17,595 bases of DNA from a virus (lineage: Duplodnaviria > Heunggongvirae > Uroviricota > Caudoviricetes), in IMG/VR virus record IMGVR_UViG_3300036944_001243. The stretch is one strand, 5' to 3'. Positions 1-7,835 of the stretch are shown here, one piece after another. Both the position numbers and the translations under genes were made by a program. Under the pieces are notes generated by a model. The model did no database searches and was not told the origin of the DNA. It saw only the letters and a list, made by a program, of their open reading frames with translations. Each line of letters starts with the position of its first letter. Within the stretch, counting starts at the first letter, position 1.

Positions 1-2
1 AA

Positions 3-869
3 CAAGAAGGTATACAATTTACAAAAGAACAAGAAGAGTTTATTGTTCAACAGGCGAATACTGGACTGTCATCTCTAGCAATTGCCGAAATGCTTTTCCC
101 GAAAAAAGAGGTGAAACCTCTTTCTTTGGAGCAGAGAGCAGTTCACAGCATCATCAAGGAGATAAATCCCGACTATTCTCCATCACAAGATAGCGATGTT
201 GGACTCAGCAGTTATGTAGCGCCGAAATCGACGAGCCGAATCATCAAAAAGATCAACGACGCAACTGGTAATGAGTTGTTGGAAGAGAAGATTAATAGAC
301 AACATAAAATATGCGTAGATCGTCTCGGCATCAATTTGAATAACTCACGATTTCTGAAGATCGTCAATAATTATACATCAAAAGAAGATAGAGAATTATT
401 TGAACAAGAATTTATTCGCTTGACATGGGATAAACCCGATTTAACCGCTGATGAAATTAACCTTTACATGAACGTGTGTAAAGAAATCGTTAATCTAGAA
501 GTTGTCAGCAAGCATTTGAACAAGTTGAATGACATGTTTGATGTCGCCAATGATCAAGAAGAAATGAGCGTTAGGCTGGCAGAAATTATCAAAGCAAAAA
601 GCTCTGAATATCATCAGTGCGAAACCAGAATCGAAAATCTTACTAAAAAACTACAAGGTGATCGTTCTACAAGAATGCAGAGTAAGCAAAAAGAAAATGC
701 CTCTCTACTATCTTTGGTTCAATTCTTCCAAGATGAAGAAGAGCGTGCGAATATGGTAAAAATCGCAGAAATGCAAAAGGCCCTAGTCAAAGAAGAGGCT
801 CATAGACTAGAAGGAATGGCTGAATGGAAGGCGCGTATTTTAGGAATTTCACAAGACGATGTCATTTAA
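3..869 (+). CDS. Probable terminase small subunit / packaging DNA-binding protein (5'-partial)
   Basis: The frame is open from base 3 (QEGIQFTKEQEEFIVQQANTGLSSLAIAEMLFP...), so the ATG at 90 is probably internal. The N-terminal part looks like a helix-turn-helix and the C-terminal half is coiled-coil-like. It is the first gene of the coupled block leading to TerL. Function is inferred mainly from position. Confidence 0.55.
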   Translation, partial: QEGIQFTKEQEEFIVQQANTGLSSLAIAEMLFPKKEVKPLSLEQRAVHSIIKEINPDYSPSQDSDVGLSSYVAPKSTSRIIKKINDATGNELLEEKINRQHKICVDRLGINLNNSRFLKIVNNYTSKEDRELFEQEFIRLTWDKPDLTADEINLYMNVCKEIVNLEVVSKHLNKLNDMFDVANDQEEMSVRLAEIIKAKSSEYHQCETRIENLTKKLQGDRSTRMQSKQKENASLLSLVQFFQDEEERANMVKIAEMQKALVKEEAHRLEGMAEWKARILGISQDDVI

Positions 870-1797
870 ATGTAAAGAATGCGATCAAGAGTTTGAATCG
901 CTTAAAAGCTTGCATGCTCATATCAAAAAACATAATTTGATACTGGGTGATTATTATGTAAAGCATTTTCAAAGACGCAATAAGTTAAACGGTAATCTTT
1001 TGCAGTTTAAAAACTACGAAGATTACTTTGATAAAGATTTTACAAACAGAAGTCAAATGATCGAGTGGTGCAAGACCGCCGATAAAGAAGAAGTAAAAGA
1101 ATATATCCTTTGTTGCTTAAAAAAGAGAATAGAAAAAAAGAAATTAAAATATGCGCCAAACACTATCGAATTATTCACTGCTGATTTACCACCAATGCCT
1201 TTATACAAACAGTTGTTTGGTAGCTATTCTAAAGCGTGTGAACTTTGCGGTTCTGAGCCTATGTTCAAAGCTTCTTTGCCCAAAGAGTTTGATAATGATT
1301 ATAGGGATTTCAAGATTTATATAGACACTAGAGAACAACAACCACTTTCATTCAATAATTCTAGTTCTTTAAAATTAGATGTTGGTGATTATGCTGTCAA
1401 TGGAGATGAGTATGATTATACATACGTCGATAGAAAGTCATTTGCTGATTTCTGTTCAACAATGACAGTTGGATTCGATAGATTCGGAAGAGAGTTGGAA
1501 AGATGCAGAAGCTTAGGATGCTATTTGTTTATTGTTATCGAGTGCGATCTATATAAAATGGCCAAGCTTAACGCCTTCTCACCTAAGAGATACAATCTTA
1601 ATTATGTGTTTCACAATATGAAAGAGTTACAGCATGAGTATAGAGATTGCTGCCAATTTGTATTTAGCGGAAACAGAAGCAGTAGCATTCTTTTGATTCC
1701 AAAATTATTAATCTGTGGACAAAAGCTTTGGAATACTGATGTGCAATATTTCTTAGACGAAGGAGTTATGAATTATTACGAAAGGAGTAAAAAATGA
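859..1797 (+). CDS. C2H2 zinc finger + homing-endonuclease-associated repeat-like segment + ERCC4 (XPF/Mus81-family) nuclease
   Basis: CKECDQEFESLKSLHAHIKKH (871-933) fits C-x2-C-x3-F-x5-L-x2-H-x3-H. PPMPLYKQLFGSYSKACELCG resembles the P..Y...FGSW..A...G repeat. IYIDTREQ...LDVGDY...YVDRKSFADF...FGRELER...LFIVIE matches ERCC4 core motifs. It overlaps the upstream gene by 11 nt and TerL by ATGA. Confidence 0.8.
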   Translation: MSFKCKECDQEFESLKSLHAHIKKHNLILGDYYVKHFQRRNKLNGNLLQFKNYEDYFDKDFTNRSQMIEWCKTADKEEVKEYILCCLKKRIEKKKLKYAPNTIELFTADLPPMPLYKQLFGSYSKACELCGSEPMFKASLPKEFDNDYRDFKIYIDTREQQPLSFNNSSSLKLDVGDYAVNGDEYDYTYVDRKSFADFCSTMTVGFDRFGRELERCRSLGCYLFIVIECDLYKMAKLNAFSPKRYNLNYVFHNMKELQHEYRDCCQFVFSGNRSSSILLIPKLLICGQKLWNTDVQYFLDEGVMNYYERSKK

Positions 1798-3653
1798 GTT
1801 GGGAAGTCGGCTATCAAACGCTACATAAAAAATTTAAAAATGTAAATCAAGAAGTTTTAGAAACAAAAGGATTTCTTGACGAGAAAAAGGCAAAATTATT
1901 GTTGTATAAGTTCCTCAGAGAGAATCCGTCTTTTGCTTGCGAACTAATGACAGGAGTTAGTCTATTCCCATTCCAACATATGGCCATTAAAGCTATGATG
2001 GAAACTGATTACTTCTTAGGTATCTGGAGTCGTGGTCTTTCTAAGTCTTTCACCACTGGTGTATTTGCGGCGTTGGACGCTATTTTGAACCAAGGAGTTC
2101 AGATTGGTATTATTTCCAAGTCATTCCGTCAGAGTCGAATGATTTTCAATAAGATTGAAGAAATCTCTAAAAGCCCGAAAGCTGGTTTCTTGTCTCAATG
2201 TATTACTAAAGTATCAAAGAGTAATGACCAATGGGTTATGGAAATTGGAAGAAGCAAGATCATTGCGCTTCCACTTGGCGACGGTGAAAAGCTTCGTGGT
2301 TTCCGTTTCCAAAGAATGATTATTGACGAGCTTCTTCTTATGCCAGAAAAGATTGTCAACGAAGTTATTCTTCCGTTCCTAGCTGTTGTTGAAAATCCTA
2401 CCGAGCGTCAAAAGATCTACGATCTTGAAACAAAAATGATTCAAGAGGGCAAGATGCTTGAAGAAGAAAGGCATAAATGGCCGCACAACAAAATTATTGG
2501 TTTGTCTTCTGCATCTTATAAATTTGAGTATCTTTATAAGCTTTATAAACAGTATGAAAATCTTATTATGCATCCTGATAGGCAAGATAACGCTCATCGA
2601 GTTATTATGCATTTAAGCTATGACTGTGCGCCACAGCAATTGTATGACCAAAACCTTTTGGATCAGTCCAAAGCAACAATGAGCCAAGCTCAGTTCGAAA
2701 GAGAGTTCGGCTCTGTATTCACCGACGATAGCTCTGGATACTTCAAGGTGAGCAAGATGGCCGCTTGCACCATACAAGACGGCGAAGGGCAGTCTGTGGA
2801 GGTTATAGGCGATCCTAAAGCCAAATACATCATCTCATTCGACCCGTCTTGGTCCGAAAGTGATGGATCTGACGATTTCTCCATGCATGTGATTAAATTG
2901 AACCCGACAAAACAAACGGGAACCATTGTTCATTCATACGCATTGGCTGGAGCTAATCTTAAAAAGCACATTATTTATTTCTTGTATCTATTGATGCACT
3001 TTAATGTTGTGGGTATTGTTGGAGACTATAACGGTGGTGTTCAGTTTATCAACTCTTGCAACGAAAGCGAAATCTTTAAGAAAGCTGGTATCAAGATCGA
3101 CTGCTTCGATGTAGATTTCGATAATCCTCAAGAGTATGCTGCTGCATTAAGAGACGCTCGCAACCAATATAATCTAGAAACAAGAAAGATAGCATTCTTG
3201 CGCAAACCTAGTTCATATTGGATTAGATCTGCGAACGAAATGTTGCAGGCCGCATTTGACCATAAAAAGATTTGGTTTGCTGGTGCAGCATTAGATGATG
3301 ATTATACCAGACAAAGAATGGCTTCTATTCCTATTGAAGAAATCACTTTCTCTAAAAATGAAGACCAAGAGGATTCCGCTGCAAAACAAATCGATTTTAT
3401 TGAACACATCAAAGACATGATTGATATGACCAAGGTTCAATGCGCTCTCATTCAAGTATCATCGACAGCTAATGGAACACAAACATTCGATCTTCCTTCT
3501 AATTTGAAAAAACAAAGAAATGCAGACAAAGCAAGAAAAGACTCCTACTCCGCTCTTGTTCTTGGTAACTGGATGATGAACATTTATTACGATATGATGT
3601 CTACTCCTGTAGAAAGTGTGCAATCGACCTTTACTCCAATGTTTGTTTGTTAA
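1794..3653 (+). CDS. terL: Terminase large subunit
   Basis: ATPase motifs are the adenine-binding LFPFQ, a Walker A variant SRGLSKS, Walker B RFQRMIIDE and coupling motif GLSSA. RNase H-like nuclease acidic motifs are ISFDPSW, IVGDYNGG and RKDSYSA. An SD-like AAGGAG lies 6 nt upstream, and the portal gene follows. Confidence 0.93.
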   Translation: MSWEVGYQTLHKKFKNVNQEVLETKGFLDEKKAKLLLYKFLRENPSFACELMTGVSLFPFQHMAIKAMMETDYFLGIWSRGLSKSFTTGVFAALDAILNQGVQIGIISKSFRQSRMIFNKIEEISKSPKAGFLSQCITKVSKSNDQWVMEIGRSKIIALPLGDGEKLRGFRFQRMIIDELLLMPEKIVNEVILPFLAVVENPTERQKIYDLETKMIQEGKMLEEERHKWPHNKIIGLSSASYKFEYLYKLYKQYENLIMHPDRQDNAHRVIMHLSYDCAPQQLYDQNLLDQSKATMSQAQFEREFGSVFTDDSSGYFKVSKMAACTIQDGEGQSVEVIGDPKAKYIISFDPSWSESDGSDDFSMHVIKLNPTKQTGTIVHSYALAGANLKKHIIYFLYLLMHFNVVGIVGDYNGGVQFINSCNESEIFKKAGIKIDCFDVDFDNPQEYAAALRDARNQYNLETRKIAFLRKPSSYWIRSANEMLQAAFDHKKIWFAGAALDDDYTRQRMASIPIEEITFSKNEDQEDSAAKQIDFIEHIKDMIDMTKVQCALIQVSSTANGTQTFDLPSNLKKQRNADKARKDSYSALVLGNWMMNIYYDMMSTPVESVQSTFTPMFVC

Positions 3654-3670
3654 CTTTTAAAGTTAACTTT
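3649..3670. repeat. Overlapping palindromes / tandem GTTAACTTT repeat between terL and portal
   Basis: GTTAACTTT-T-AAAGTTAAC (3649-3667) is a 9-bp inverted repeat. AAAGTTAACTTT (3659-3670) is a perfect 12-bp palindrome. GTTAACTTT occurs at 3649 and 3662. The sequence is certain; the function is unknown. Confidence 0.7.
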
Positions 3671-3680
3671 GGGACTTTTT

Positions 3681-3690
3681 GTGTAATATA
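3681..3690 (+). promoter_or_regulatory. Candidate late-promoter motif GTGTAATATA upstream of portal
   Basis: GTGTAA ends 9 nt before the portal ATG, and the same hexamer precedes several other structural genes. Confidence 0.5.
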
Positions 3691-3695
3691 TAGAA

Positions 3696-5726
3696 ATGGA
3701 ATCTGGCAAGCGTCAATACAATAAAAAATCGGAATATTGGACTAAGTTCGAAAAACAAGAACAACCAATTGCATCAAAACCAACAAACTTGCTAGAAACT
3801 CTTGCTTCTTGTGAACCAGAACTATGCGGCGAGCCTTTTTATGTTTCACAGTCTTCTGTTAATGTCTCCACGGCAAGCGATTATTCAAGAACAGATGTTT
3901 CTTGGGAAAGAAGCGGTTCTAGAAAAAATAGAGCAGCAGTATCAAAAACAGTTGATCGATTTGGAAGTATCAGAAATGGTCTTTTACCATACAGCTTTGC
4001 TATTGACGGTGTTAATGTCCGCGAAGCTATTGAGCTTTGCCAAAAAGCTTATGCCAACGTAGCTATTTTTAGAAACGCTATTGATATTATGTCTGAGTTT
4101 GCTAATAGTGACATTTATCTTGAGGGCGGATCACAAAAAAGCAGAGACTTTTTTTATGAATGGTTCAAAAAAATTAAAATCTGGAAAGTCAAAGATCAAT
4201 ACTTTAGAGAGTATTATCGAAGTGGCAATATATTTATTTATCGCATTGACGGCAAGTTTAAGCTTGATGATTTTGCTGAACTAAGCAATAGAATTGGTAA
4301 TGGTGTCGGAGCCAAGAATGAGATTCCAATTCGATACATCATGCTCAACCCATTTGATATTGTTGCAAAAACAAGTTCCAGTTTTGCAGTTGGATTATAC
4401 GAGAAAGTTCTATCGCAATATGAATTATCTCGTTTGCAAAACCCATCTAATGAAGATGACAAGGAAATCTTGAGAAATCTTCCTAAAGAATTGAGAGATG
4501 GTATTGAAAATGGATCTTATTACACAAATGGATTGAAGATTCAGCTTGATCCAGAAAAGCTATCTTTCTCATTCTACAAAAAGCAAGATTACGAACCATT
4601 TGCTGTTCCTTTCGGCTATCCAGTGTTGGAAGACATCAATACAAAAATGGAATTAAAGAAAATGGACCATGCGATTACCCGCACAGTTGAAAACGTTATT
4701 CTATTGATTACCATGGGTGCTGAACCAGACAAGGGAGGCATCAACCAGAACAATGTAAAGGCGATGCAAACATTGTTTAAGAATGAAAGCGTTGGCCGCG
4801 TTCTTGTTTCCGACTATACAACAAAGGCTCAGTTTGTTATTCCTGATTTGAATAAGGTTTTGGGTGCCGAAAAATACAAAGTCCTTAACGAAGATATTAA
4901 ACAGGGTCTTCAAAACATTGTTATTGGCGAGGAGAAGTATAGCGCAACAGAAGTCAAGGCGCAAATCTTTATCGACAGATTAAAAGAATCCAGAAACGCT
5001 TTCTTAAACGATTTCTTGCAAGTCGAAATCAAAAGAATCGCTAAATCAATCGGTTTAAAAAATTATCCAACTGCAAAATTTAGAGATATTGACATCAGAG
5101 ATCAGACTCAGCTTATGAGAGTAACTACTCGACTTATGGAACTTGGCGTGCTTACTCCACAACAAGGAATGGATATGTTCCACACTGGAGAATTTCCAAA
5201 ATCAGAAGAAATTGCTCCTGCTCAAGAAGAGTTTATCAAAAACAGAAAAAGCGGATACTATAATCCTATTGTCGGTGGAGTTCCAACAACATCACCTCCA
5301 AAAGATCCTAATGCTGCCGCGAAAACAGCGGCTGTTAACAAAACTAACAAAGTTGCTGGACGCCCTCAAGGAACCACTGGTATTCCAGTTGTCAAAGCAA
5401 ACTTCTCTGTTAAAGACATTCAAAAAGTCGTTCAAAAAATCGAAGAAACAAGAGGTTCTATTGAAAACGAATTGAAGAAGAAATTCAATACCGAAAAATT
5501 CAATGCACAACAAGTCCAGATGATCGATAAACTATGCGAGGCAATCGTTGTATCACAAGATATAAAAACTTGGGAATCAACTGCAAATTCTTGTGTAAAC
5601 AATTTTGAAGAAATCTCTTCATTGGCCATAATGCCAGAAGTTTTATCTATTGTTGCTGAACATGAATTAGAAGATGATTATTCAGCCGCCTTGTTATACC
5701 ATTCCCAAAAAATAAATGAAAATTAA
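3696..5726 (+). CDS. Portal protein
   Basis: A 676-aa gene directly after terL and before the protease/capsid genes. It has portal-like segments (FRNAIDIMSEFAN, YFREYYRSGNIFIY, PFAVPFGYPVLEDI...KMD) and a C-terminal low-complexity linker with a GRP motif. Confidence 0.85.
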   Translation: MESGKRQYNKKSEYWTKFEKQEQPIASKPTNLLETLASCEPELCGEPFYVSQSSVNVSTASDYSRTDVSWERSGSRKNRAAVSKTVDRFGSIRNGLLPYSFAIDGVNVREAIELCQKAYANVAIFRNAIDIMSEFANSDIYLEGGSQKSRDFFYEWFKKIKIWKVKDQYFREYYRSGNIFIYRIDGKFKLDDFAELSNRIGNGVGAKNEIPIRYIMLNPFDIVAKTSSSFAVGLYEKVLSQYELSRLQNPSNEDDKEILRNLPKELRDGIENGSYYTNGLKIQLDPEKLSFSFYKKQDYEPFAVPFGYPVLEDINTKMELKKMDHAITRTVENVILLITMGAEPDKGGINQNNVKAMQTLFKNESVGRVLVSDYTTKAQFVIPDLNKVLGAEKYKVLNEDIKQGLQNIVIGEEKYSATEVKAQIFIDRLKESRNAFLNDFLQVEIKRIAKSIGLKNYPTAKFRDIDIRDQTQLMRVTTRLMELGVLTPQQGMDMFHTGEFPKSEEIAPAQEEFIKNRKSGYYNPIVGGVPTTSPPKDPNAAAKTAAVNKTNKVAGRPQGTTGIPVVKANFSVKDIQKVVQKIEETRGSIENELKKKFNTEKFNAQQVQMIDKLCEAIVVSQDIKTWESTANSCVNNFEEISSLAIMPEVLSIVAEHELEDDYSAALLYHSQKINEN

Positions 5727-6231
5727 TCCGACCGACGTAAAAGTGCCACTTCAAAAAACAGTGGAAGTTAAAAATGGAACTGTTGAAGTGTCTCTTTCTA
5801 AGAGAAATGCAGAAGCATCATTGGCATGCCAAGAGTTTGTTTCTATTTACGCAGCAATCGCAGAAACCTCTACTGTTGAAGAAGCTATTGCAGAGTTTGT
5901 TAAGCATGAGTCTGCTATCTTAGAGACTAGCGAATCTGCTGAACTTACTCCTGCTCAAAAGAAGCTTCCACCGAATGTCCAAAAGGCTATTCTTGAAAAA
6001 ATGAAGAAAAAAGGTGGAGCAGAAAAGTCGGAAACAAAGAAGGAAGAAAAGTCTGAAGACATGAAGAAGCAAGAGTCTAAGGCTGAAATGGAAGAAATGG
6101 ATGAAGAAGAGTGCGAAGATGGAGAAGATGGTAAGCCTTGCGGAAAAGAATCCTGCGCAGTTTGCAAATCAAATGCTTCTTCACAAAAAACTAAAAACCT
6201 TACCAAAGACGATTATATCGCTAAAAAGTAA
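5716..6231 (+). CDS. Hypothetical highly charged head-module protein
   Basis: A 171-aa ORF coupled to portal (11-nt overlap) and to the protease gene (TAATG). It is E/K-rich, contains ELTPAQKKLPPNVQKAILEKMKKK and has a C-x8-C-x4-C-x2-C cluster. Confidence 0.75.
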   Translation: MKINPTDVKVPLQKTVEVKNGTVEVSLSKRNAEASLACQEFVSIYAAIAETSTVEEAIAEFVKHESAILETSESAELTPAQKKLPPNVQKAILEKMKKKGGAEKSETKKEEKSEDMKKQESKAEMEEMDEEECEDGEDGKPCGKESCAVCKSNASSQKTKNLTKDDYIAKK

Positions 6232-7811
6232 TGCCGAAAAAATTTCCATATAAAACTTATTTTGATTGTCCAATCCAATTGAGCCCAATTGGGGCAGAGA
6301 GTTTTATATCAAAAGCTTCACTGGACAATCTGAAGCCTTTGATTCCAAAAGATATAGATTTCAAAGAAAACATCGATCTTTTAGGATTGGCTTATAATGC
6401 CGCAGTCATCAACATGTTTAATAAAAACGATGATGGCATGGATTCAGCTACAGCCGCTAAAGTTATTAAAAACTTCTTACATAAACCAACTAATATCGAA
6501 CACGATAAGTCAAAAGTTGTTGGACACATTGTAAATGCTGGATTTAGTAAATTTGAAGACGATAATCAATTATTAAACATCGATGAAATTATGTCGATGA
6601 AAGATCCTTTTAATATATCATTAGGTTCTGTTGTTTATAAATACGCTAATAAAGATTTTACCAAACTAATCATGAGATCACTAGATCCTCAAGATTCTAT
6701 GCATAATGAAATTTCTGCAAGTTGGGAAGTTGGATTTAGCGATTACTCAATTGCTTTGGGTAGTGACAATCTAAAAGAAGCCGAAATCATAACCAACCCT
6801 AATTACATCAAAGAGATGAAATCTAATCTCAAAATGTATGGTGGAAACGGCAGATTGAAAGATGGAACTCGCGTTTATAGATTATTGAGTGGTGAAATTT
6901 ATCCTCTTGGAATTGGATTCACATCAAATCCCGCTGCAAAAGTTAAAGGCATGGTTGGCGATGATAATGAAAGCGATATAGTAGAAATAAAAGACAAAAG
7001 AGATAAAAAAGTCTATTTTGATCTTAAAAAAATAAATTTTAACAAAAAAACTAACGAAGCAATTTCACAAATTGCTGCCGCCAATGTAAAACACGAAAAA
7101 GAAACTATTATGGATGTTGAAAAAATTCTTTCCGAAGTTCAGGCTCTTCTTGTCGAGAAAAAATTCTCTGAAGAAGCTGTCGCAAGTATGAGCAGCGTTT
7201 TCGCTGATGCAATTAAACAAAAGGACGCCGAGTATCGTGCTTCTCTTACCAAGGCAGAAGATGAAAAGACTGCAATTGCTAAGGAGCAAGAAGAACTCAA
7301 GGCATCTGTTTCAGATCTTCAAACAAAGCTTTCTGACGCGACTCAGAAAATCACTGAATTTGAAAACTTTAAGAAGCAAGAAGAAGCTGTTGCTCGTTTC
7401 AATTCTCGCATGGAAGTTATCGATCAAGCTTATGAACTTGACGATGAAGACCGCAAGGTTCTTGCTGACGACCTCAAGGGTCTTGCTGATTCAGAAGAAG
7501 CTTTTGCTTCTTATCAAGGCAAGCTTGCTATCATGTGGAGAGGCAAAAACAAAGAAGCTAAGGCTTCTCTTGACAAGTCTATCCAAGAAAGAATCGACGC
7601 CGAAGTTGCTAAGAAGCTTTCTTCCATCTCTCAAGCGTCCGAAACAAAGTCGGAAGAAACCGATAAAGAAGTCGCTGAAAACGCTCTTGATAAAGCCGAA
7701 GCATCAGATAAGGGAATCCCTAATTCTAATGAAGAAGCTTCAAGAACCCAACCAACTTTACGTGAAAAGTTCGCAAGTGCATTCACTCGCGAAAGCATTG
7801 TAATCTCCTAA
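6231..7811 (+). CDS. Prohead (maturation) protease fused to C-terminal scaffolding domain
   Basis: The N-terminal domain has protease-like motifs (KPTNIEHD...VVGHI, ISASWEVGF, GIGFTSNPAA). The C-terminal ~230 aa are an acidic/basic coiled coil ending in the amphipathic LREKFASAF. It sits between portal and the capsid genes. Confidence 0.8.
   Translation: MPKKFPYKTYFDCPIQLSPIGAESFISKASLDNLKPLIPKDIDFKENIDLLGLAYNAAVINMFNKNDDGMDSATAAKVIKNFLHKPTNIEHDKSKVVGHIVNAGFSKFEDDNQLLNIDEIMSMKDPFNISLGSVVYKYANKDFTKLIMRSLDPQDSMHNEISASWEVGFSDYSIALGSDNLKEAEIITNPNYIKEMKSNLKMYGGNGRLKDGTRVYRLLSGEIYPLGIGFTSNPAAKVKGMVGDDNESDIVEIKDKRDKKVYFDLKKINFNKKTNEAISQIAAANVKHEKETIMDVEKILSEVQALLVEKKFSEEAVASMSSVFADAIKQKDAEYRASLTKAEDEKTAIAKEQEELKASVSDLQTKLSDATQKITEFENFKKQEEAVARFNSRMEVIDQAYELDDEDRKVLADDLKGLADSEEAFASYQGKLAIMWRGKNKEAKASLDKSIQERIDAEVAKKLSSISQASETKSEETDKEVAENALDKAEASDKGIPNSNEEASRTQPTLREKFASAFTRESIVIS
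7110..7811 (+). CDS. Putative nested in-frame scaffolding protein (233 aa, MDVEKILSEVQ...)
   Basis: An in-frame ATG at 7110 follows an A-rich linker that contains TGTAAA (7085-7090). Codon usage and composition shift after this point towards the style of the capsid gene. Confidence 0.55.
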   Translation: MDVEKILSEVQALLVEKKFSEEAVASMSSVFADAIKQKDAEYRASLTKAEDEKTAIAKEQEELKASVSDLQTKLSDATQKITEFENFKKQEEAVARFNSRMEVIDQAYELDDEDRKVLADDLKGLADSEEAFASYQGKLAIMWRGKNKEAKASLDKSIQERIDAEVAKKLSSISQASETKSEETDKEVAENALDKAEASDKGIPNSNEEASRTQPTLREKFASAFTRESIVIS

Positions 7812-7835
7812 AACAAAATCTAAATAAACAAATAT

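Noticed and set aside
1794-5726. Intron or intein in terL or portal
   Set aside because: The frames are continuous, the sizes are ordinary for these families, and no splicing motifs or LAGLIDADG/HNH inserts were seen.
7207-7803. 198-aa alternative-frame ORF overlapping the scaffold region
   Set aside because: It is a shadow ORF from biased codons (L/K/R/S-rich) with no initiation signal and no recognisable domain.
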